This document shows, one piece after another, positions 27,031-31,780 of a stretch of 31,780 bases of DNA. The stretch covers positions 1-31,780 of the forward strand of contig JBBIIG010000046.1 of assembly GCA_037446635.1 (NCBI GenBank), written 5' to 3'. The notes under the pieces were generated by a model. That model made no database searches and was not told the DNA's origin. It worked only from the letters and a program-made list of their open reading frames with translations. The DNA is from a bacterium (GTDB taxonomy: Bacteria > Zhuqueibacterota > Zhuqueibacteria > Oceanimicrobiales > Oceanimicrobiaceae). A program made the translations under genes and the position numbers. Position 1 is the first letter of the stretch, and the number at the start of each line of letters is the position of its first letter.

Positions 27031-27840
27031 ATGGACCAAAAGCTAATTTCCTACTGGTCCAACAAATCCGTCCTCATCACCGGCGCCTCCTCCGGCCTCG
27101 GCTGGGCGCTCACCGAAGCGCTGGCGCCCTTCAAAATTCAATTTGCCCTGCTGGCCCGCCGCGAAGAAAAACTCAAAGAACTAGCCGATAAACTCAAAGA
27201 CAGCGGCAGCACGTTTTGGCTGCGCGCCTGCGACGTCCGCCAGCGCGAGCAGGTAGTGAGCGCGGTGCGCGATTTTCACCAGCACGCCGGGCGCATCGAC
27301 GCGGCGTGGATCAACAGCGGCATCAGCCTCGATTCTTCCTTTGAAAAATGGAACTGGGATGGCTTCGAAAATCTAATTGATACCAATTTGAAGGGCGCGA
27401 TTTACACCATTCAAGCTTGCCTGGAGGTGATGGTTCCGCAGAAGTCCGGAGCGATTGTGGGAATCGGCTCGGCGGCCTCGATGCGCGGGCTGCCCAGCCG
27501 CGGGGTTTATAGTCTCACCAAAATTGGCCTCGATTATTTTTTGCAAAGCAAAGCCGCGGAGCTGCCGGAGATTCAATTCACGATGATTCACCCCGGCTTC
27601 GTGGATACGCCCATCAACGCCGGCAACCCCAATCGTTTCTGGCTTTTGACGCCGGAGAAAGCGGCGCAGATTATGATCAAAGCCGTGGCCCAACGCCGGC
27701 GGCTGATCATCTACCCGCTTCCAATGAAGTTACTTTATCGATTCGTGCAGACGCTGCCGCGGCCGCTGTTTCTGTGGCTGGCGCAGCGGACGCTGGAACT
27801 CAGCCGGCCCAGGTCATCGCAAAAATCTGTGAAAGTGTAA
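27031..27840 (+). CDS. Short-chain dehydrogenase/reductase
   Basis: ITGASSGLG, NSG, catalytic S and YSLTK, HPGFVDT. Confidence 0.92.
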   Translation: MDQKLISYWSNKSVLITGASSGLGWALTEALAPFKIQFALLARREEKLKELADKLKDSGSTFWLRACDVRQREQVVSAVRDFHQHAGRIDAAWINSGISLDSSFEKWNWDGFENLIDTNLKGAIYTIQACLEVMVPQKSGAIVGIGSAASMRGLPSRGVYSLTKIGLDYFLQSKAAELPEIQFTMIHPGFVDTPINAGNPNRFWLLTPEKAAQIMIKAVAQRRRLIIYPLPMKLLYRFVQTLPRPLFLWLAQRTLELSRPRSSQKSVKV

Positions 27841-27850
27841 AGTGCCAAAA

Positions 27851-27920
27851 TTTGAATTCTGCAATTTACCATTTTCATTTTGCACTTGATTTTCGCCTCT
27901 GCCTTTTGCCCTTTGCCGTT
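27851..27920. repeat. Degenerate heptamer tandem repeats between convergent genes
   Basis: TTTGAAT TCTGCAA TTTACCA TTTTCAT TTTGCAC, then TGCC at 27900, 27907, 27914. Confidence 0.55.
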
Positions 27921-27925
27921 TCACA

Positions 27926-28489
27926 TCAAAACAGCGGCCAGCGCACACCCACCACCAGCCCTTTGTATTCTTTCCCGAATTGAAACTGCGCCAGGTAGTT
28001 GTTGATGCCCACACCCAGCGATCCCACCGGCCGCCAACTGGCGCCCGGCGGGTCGATTAAGCCGACGCCCGCGGTCAGTGAAAAGGTGTTCAGACCGGTA
28101 ATTTTTTTCAAATCCGTGTAAAGCGATTTGTAGCCGGAGTAGAGACTATCGGCGGTGGCGATCAACTTTTGTTGAGCTTGAATGTTGTCGTCAGCCTTTT
28201 GTTGGTAATTTTCGAAGCGATTGAGCAGCGTGTCTTTTGCCGCTATGACTTTTTCGTACAGGGTTTTGTCGTTTTCCAGCAGTTCGATTTTCTTAGCGAG
28301 GTCGGCCACAACATTCTTTTTCAAAAGTAGAAACGGCTCGCCGTTGATGGTGAACTCCCAGGTTTCCGCGTCAAGTTGGCGGCCGGCAATTTGCTGGTTT
28401 GCGATCGTGAGAGTTGCAGTTGGCTGGGCAAGCAACGCCAGCGGCGCAAACAATGAGATCAGCAAAATTATCAAGTAAGTGCGTTTCAT
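27926..28489 (-). CDS. Hypothetical secreted protein (signal peptide, coiled coil, C-terminal beta strands)
   Basis: MKRTYLIILLISLFAPLALLA-QP signal peptide; central heptad helix; C-terminus FSLTAGVGL...GSLGVGI...LVVGVRWPLF. Confidence 0.8.
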   Translation of the reverse strand: MKRTYLIILLISLFAPLALLAQPTATLTIANQQIAGRQLDAETWEFTINGEPFLLLKKNVVADLAKKIELLENDKTLYEKVIAAKDTLLNRFENYQQKADDNIQAQQKLIATADSLYSGYKSLYTDLKKITGLNTFSLTAGVGLIDPPGASWRPVGSLGVGINNYLAQFQFGKEYKGLVVGVRWPLF

Positions 28490-28497
28490 TTTTTCCT

Positions 28498-28947
28498 CTA
28501 ATTTTGTAGGATGCCCCTTACTTTGGCAACCAATTCGTCTGAAGAAATATTTTGATACTCGTTTTCGATTTCCACCGCTCTGGCGGCGTGTTCTTCCTGC
28601 GCCCGCAAAATAGCCAGCGCCGCATCCACTTTGGCGCGATCCAACTCGCTCTTGGCTTTTTCATAAGCGGCTTGCGAGAGTTGTTGTTGATTTTTTAATT
28701 CCTCGTAGCGGCTTTCGATTTTTTTCAACTCGTCCTCGCGGCGCTGCAACTCTTCGAGAAGTTTTTTACGGCGATAGGCTTTAAAAATGAACAGGCCGCC
28801 GAGCGCCGACAGACCGAGCAGTACTGCCCAGGAATTTTTGCTGCCGAGCTTGAACTCTCGCAAAAAGAAAAACAGGACGATCGCAAACAGGGCGATGAAG
28901 ATGAGATGCTCGCCGTAGTCCCTCATAAATCTGAGAATGCCGATCAT
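28498..28947 (-). CDS. Hypothetical membrane protein (2 TM + long coiled coil)
   Basis: Two N-terminal hydrophobic segments followed by an E/K/Q/L-rich helix; ATGA overlap with upstream gene. Confidence 0.8.
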   Translation of the reverse strand: MIGILRFMRDYGEHLIFIALFAIVLFFFLREFKLGSKNSWAVLLGLSALGGLFIFKAYRRKKLLEELQRREDELKKIESRYEELKNQQQLSQAAYEKAKSELDRAKVDAALAILRAQEEHAARAVEIENEYQNISSDELVAKVRGILQN

Positions 28948-29549
28948 GATTTTGTCCCTCCCGTCGCGGCGGTTTTGCTGGCCGCTAATTTTTCGATTTG
29001 ACTGATCAATGAATGCAAAGGTTCGGTGCCGATGGAAATCGCCGCTGCCGTGATGATGACGCGCAAAATTGGGTAGTCTGAAATGTTGCCTAAAACTTTG
29101 TAAACCACGCCGCCTGTGCCGGTGAGCATGCTTTCTACCAACAGCACCAGATCGATCCCCAATTTAACCTCGAGCGCGATGGTGAAGGCCAGCGATAAAA
29201 TGAAGGCGAGGATGCGCGACCCCACTCGCAAATAACTCAAACGGATGAGCGCGGCTGGGATGATTTCCTTGCCGCCGACGTAGGGCCGTTCCGTCACCAC
29301 TTTCCACAGCACCCAATTAAGGACTTTTTCGGTTTTGGGCGCGTCCCCGCCCTGAAAACCATAGAGGCGATCGAAGCGTTGCTGTAGAACGCGCGCGCGG
29401 CGGTTCCAGAAGGTATGCAAATTCCATTTGAGTTCGATGTAGCCGAAGACGCTCACCAGCACCTCCAGCAGACGCTCCACAAAAATCGCCATGATCAAGT
29501 AAATGAAAAATAAAAACGTGATGCGGGTGATGACTTCGATGTTTTCCAT
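28944..29549 (-). CDS. Hypothetical multi-TM membrane protein
   Basis: AGGAG SD; AIFVERLLEV and IITAAAISIGTEPLHSLI motifs shared with the upstream gene's N-terminal domain. Confidence 0.8.
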   Translation of the reverse strand: MENIEVITRITFLFFIYLIMAIFVERLLEVLVSVFGYIELKWNLHTFWNRRARVLQQRFDRLYGFQGGDAPKTEKVLNWVLWKVVTERPYVGGKEIIPAALIRLSYLRVGSRILAFILSLAFTIALEVKLGIDLVLLVESMLTGTGGVVYKVLGNISDYPILRVIITAAAISIGTEPLHSLISQIEKLAASKTAATGGTKS

Positions 29550-29559
29550 TGCGTTCTCC

Positions 29560-30867
29560 TTAAGCCATGACCATCGGTTGAGCCTTAAAGGCGTTCACAG
29601 CGGTTTGAAATTCTTCATCCGCTTTCCAAAGTTTTGCGTAACGTTCCACGGCTTGTTTGAATTCCGCGTAAGGAAAATTGCCGCCGGGGCAAGCTTTCTG
29701 CGCGACGTACATGTGGGGGATAATCCCCTTGGGAAAAGTCGGGCTGGTTTTTTCCGGAAAGGCGACTTCGATTTGATGCATCAAAGCCCAGAGCGCGGTC
29801 ACCCGCGCTGCGGCATCCACTTGCTCGGCGGTGGGCCGCAGGATGCCTAAGCGGCCGTTGTGATTGGAAAACGGCACCTTCGGGCTGGTTTCAAAATTTC
29901 CTTGCAACGCGATGCCCAAAGAGTGGTTGTTATAACCGACAGCGTGGTTACCAAAACGGTCCCAGCGGCAGAGCACGCGAATGGCGCCGTCTTTGAACAC
30001 CACGCAGTTGTAGCCGGTGAGCCAGCCTTTGCGGTCGAATTCTTTGACCAACTCCTCGAACGGCGCGTCGGAGTGCATGGCGGTGTGATGATACACAATC
30101 ATGTCGATGGGTTTTTTGAACAGGTGGCTGTGCTCCAACCGTTCTGGCCGGTCGCCGCCGTCGTAAACGAAGCCGATGATCTGTTCGATAGATTTTGTTT
30201 TTGGTGGTTCGAGATCCGGTGCAGGCTCGGGTTTGCGTACAAGAACGGGTTTGGCCTCCGGCGCCGTTTCGGGTTTCGCTTCTTCGGCCGCTTTTTCTCG
30301 GGTCACCACCAGCCGCCGGTTGATAAGGAAGTTCATTAAAAAGTTGACCGGTTTGCTGCCGGCGCCAATGATGATACCGGTGAAGATGTACTCCAACGCC
30401 GTTGATTGAATGCTTTCTAGGCTGCCTTCACCCATTGCCCATCTCACAAAAATCCAGATGGAAAATTTCATGTAATAGCAGCCGGTCACGGCCACCAGCG
30501 TTCCCAAAATTTGCAGCCAGAATTCTTTGGTTACTTTGAGACGATCTGGGGCGGCCATTTCGTTGACGTCAAAACGGGAGTCGGGTTGAGCGTGAGTGGG
30601 GTTGGGCTCAATTTCGCGGGAATCGGCAGTTGCGGCGGCTGGCTGGGCCTGAAGAAGGGCGGCCTCCGCAAGGGCCAACTCGATGGATTGCAATTTTTGA
30701 TTTTCCTTTGCAATGGCCTCCTGTTCGCCGGTGACCTGCACCATGAACAGGCGGTTGATGATCCAGTTGAAAATGGTAAGAAAGCGTTCCACCATCAAAG
30801 CCAGCGTCAGCATCACACCCAATTTGGTGAGCAACGGAGCTAAGGGGATAAGCTCTCCATTCGGCAT
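29560..30867 (-). CDS. Membrane-domain / N-acetylmuramoyl-L-alanine amidase (Amidase_2/PGRP) fusion
   Basis: IVYHHTA, GYNCVV..DG, GNHAVGYN..SLGIALQGNF, PTAEQ, IIPH....KACPG (Zn ligands H260/H385/C393, Y286); N-terminal ~185 aa hydrophobic; P/E/K-rich linker; GAGGAG SD. Confidence 0.88.
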   Translation of the reverse strand: MPNGELIPLAPLLTKLGVMLTLALMVERFLTIFNWIINRLFMVQVTGEQEAIAKENQKLQSIELALAEAALLQAQPAAATADSREIEPNPTHAQPDSRFDVNEMAAPDRLKVTKEFWLQILGTLVAVTGCYYMKFSIWIFVRWAMGEGSLESIQSTALEYIFTGIIIGAGSKPVNFLMNFLINRRLVVTREKAAEEAKPETAPEAKPVLVRKPEPAPDLEPPKTKSIEQIIGFVYDGGDRPERLEHSHLFKKPIDMIVYHHTAMHSDAPFEELVKEFDRKGWLTGYNCVVFKDGAIRVLCRWDRFGNHAVGYNNHSLGIALQGNFETSPKVPFSNHNGRLGILRPTAEQVDAAARVTALWALMHQIEVAFPEKTSPTFPKGIIPHMYVAQKACPGGNFPYAEFKQAVERYAKLWKADEEFQTAVNAFKAQPMVMA

Positions 30868-31001
30868 CGGATTCTCCTCAGTTTGTGTGTGGAAAACTCA
30901 ACAGCTTATATTAAGCCTGCGTCCCGCTTGAGAATGCGAGTTAGTTAGTAGGACGTGGGTATTTCGGTGTATGATTTGAAGTGTTCAGAAATTTTGTGCT
31001 G

Positions 31002-31030
31002 AAAATAACGATGTCTCTTTTGAAAGTCAA
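31002..31030 (-). promoter_or_regulatory. Possible sigma70-like promoter for amidase operon
   Basis: TTGACT-N17-TATTTT on minus strand. Confidence 0.45.
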
Positions 31031-31244
31031 GTGAAATGATGCACAATCAGTTAGTGTTTTTTATCTGACAATTTTCTACGACAAAAAAGTAAGAATTTTA
31101 TTGGCTCGGATTTTCCATATTCTGGATATTGTTGGTATAAGACGAGTCGTATTGTTTTCCGCTGCTGGTATCTCTCGGATTTTTTTATGCGGGATTTCAA
31201 ATTTCTCTCAAAATTTTGGTTCCCGCAGAAAACTAAGAAAATTC

Positions 31245-31273
31245 TTGACTATATTGCGTCTTTATTATATATT
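31245..31273 (+). promoter_or_regulatory. Sigma70-like promoter for divergent gene
   Basis: TTGACT-N17-TATATT. Confidence 0.55.
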
Positions 31274-31404
31274 TGTTTCCATTTCATACCTCTTCTGAGG
31301 AAAGTGTTTTAATTTGCCCACCCAGCGTAATCTCATGTCGTATCTGAGGAAAGATATAGCGTAGGGGTTCTTATTTATAAAATTCATTTTTAAGGGGGAA
31401 AGCG

Positions 31405-31780
31405 ATGAGCTTTAATTCCAGGCTCACGGCAGACATTATTTTGTGTTGGCGTGTCATGGCAAAACATTTTTTTTGTTTGTGTGTTACGGTGGCAGCAGCG
31501 ATGAATGTCCATGCGCAAAATATTGCAATGGATTTCGATATTATTGGCGACACCAAAAACCGGCTGCGCCCCGGTGAAACTGCCAGCCTGGTCGTTATCG
31601 CACAAGCGCCAGTCCCCGGCTTTTTGAAACTTAGGATCAAACCGGAACCCCCACCATTCGGATTCAATTGGGATGCGAAGTCGCAAAACTGCCAACAGAT
31701 CTGCACGTTACGGGATACCCTGACTCTCAGCCCCACCATTGAGCACGGCGGGGTTTACATCTTCAATATTGTTGCGGAAT
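31405..31780 (+). CDS. Hypothetical secreted protein, 3'-truncated (not in ORF track)
   Basis: AAGGGGGA SD, then MSFNSRLTADIILCWRVMAKHFFCLCVTVAAAMNVHA-QNIAMDF...LRPGETASLVVIA...HGGVYIFNIVAE, open to window end; beta-rich. Confidence 0.7.
   Translation, partial: MSFNSRLTADIILCWRVMAKHFFCLCVTVAAAMNVHAQNIAMDFDIIGDTKNRLRPGETASLVVIAQAPVPGFLKLRIKPEPPPFGFNWDAKSQNCQQICTLRDTLTLSPTIEHGGVYIFNIVAE

Noticed and set aside
240..30931. Many alternative-frame and antisense ORFs overlapping recognised genes (e.g. 5749-6510, 3373-4056, 2290-2868)
   Set aside because: Expected shadow ORFs in GC-rich coding DNA; no motifs.
31371..31739. Minus-strand ORFs of 122 and 101 aa, and plus ORF 31101-31298
   Set aside because: Shadows of the plus-strand ORF at 31405, or lying within promoter DNA; no recognisable motifs.

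Overview
Bacterial chromosomal window, mostly housekeeping, from a diderm. Gene content suggests an FCB-related lineage such as KSB1/Calditrichota (inference only). Left to right: TPR protein, NusG-II protein, Gx transporter, DUF1992, TPR lipoprotein, pyrK-pyrD, cdsA; a minus-strand peptide-utilisation operon (OPT transporter, MFSD1-like MFS, M20 hydrolase, degenerate M29-like peptidase); a long plus-strand run ecfT-truA-fsa-htrA-purB-purC-psd-pssA-purS-purQ-DUF4321-tatA-tatA-gatA; two tiny membrane ORFs; gdhA; two toxin-antitoxin cassettes, each sitting directly behind a copy of the gdhA 3' end (109-bp direct repeat, no integrase in view); an SDR; a four-gene minus-strand envelope operon (membrane-domain/Amidase_2 fusion, a paralogous membrane protein, a TM+coiled-coil protein, a secreted coiled-coil/beta-strand protein) resembling a phage-free lysis or secretion cassette; and the start of a divergent secreted protein. 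No rRNA, tRNA, CRISPR array or transposase was seen. All family calls come from motif recognition by eye, not database searches.
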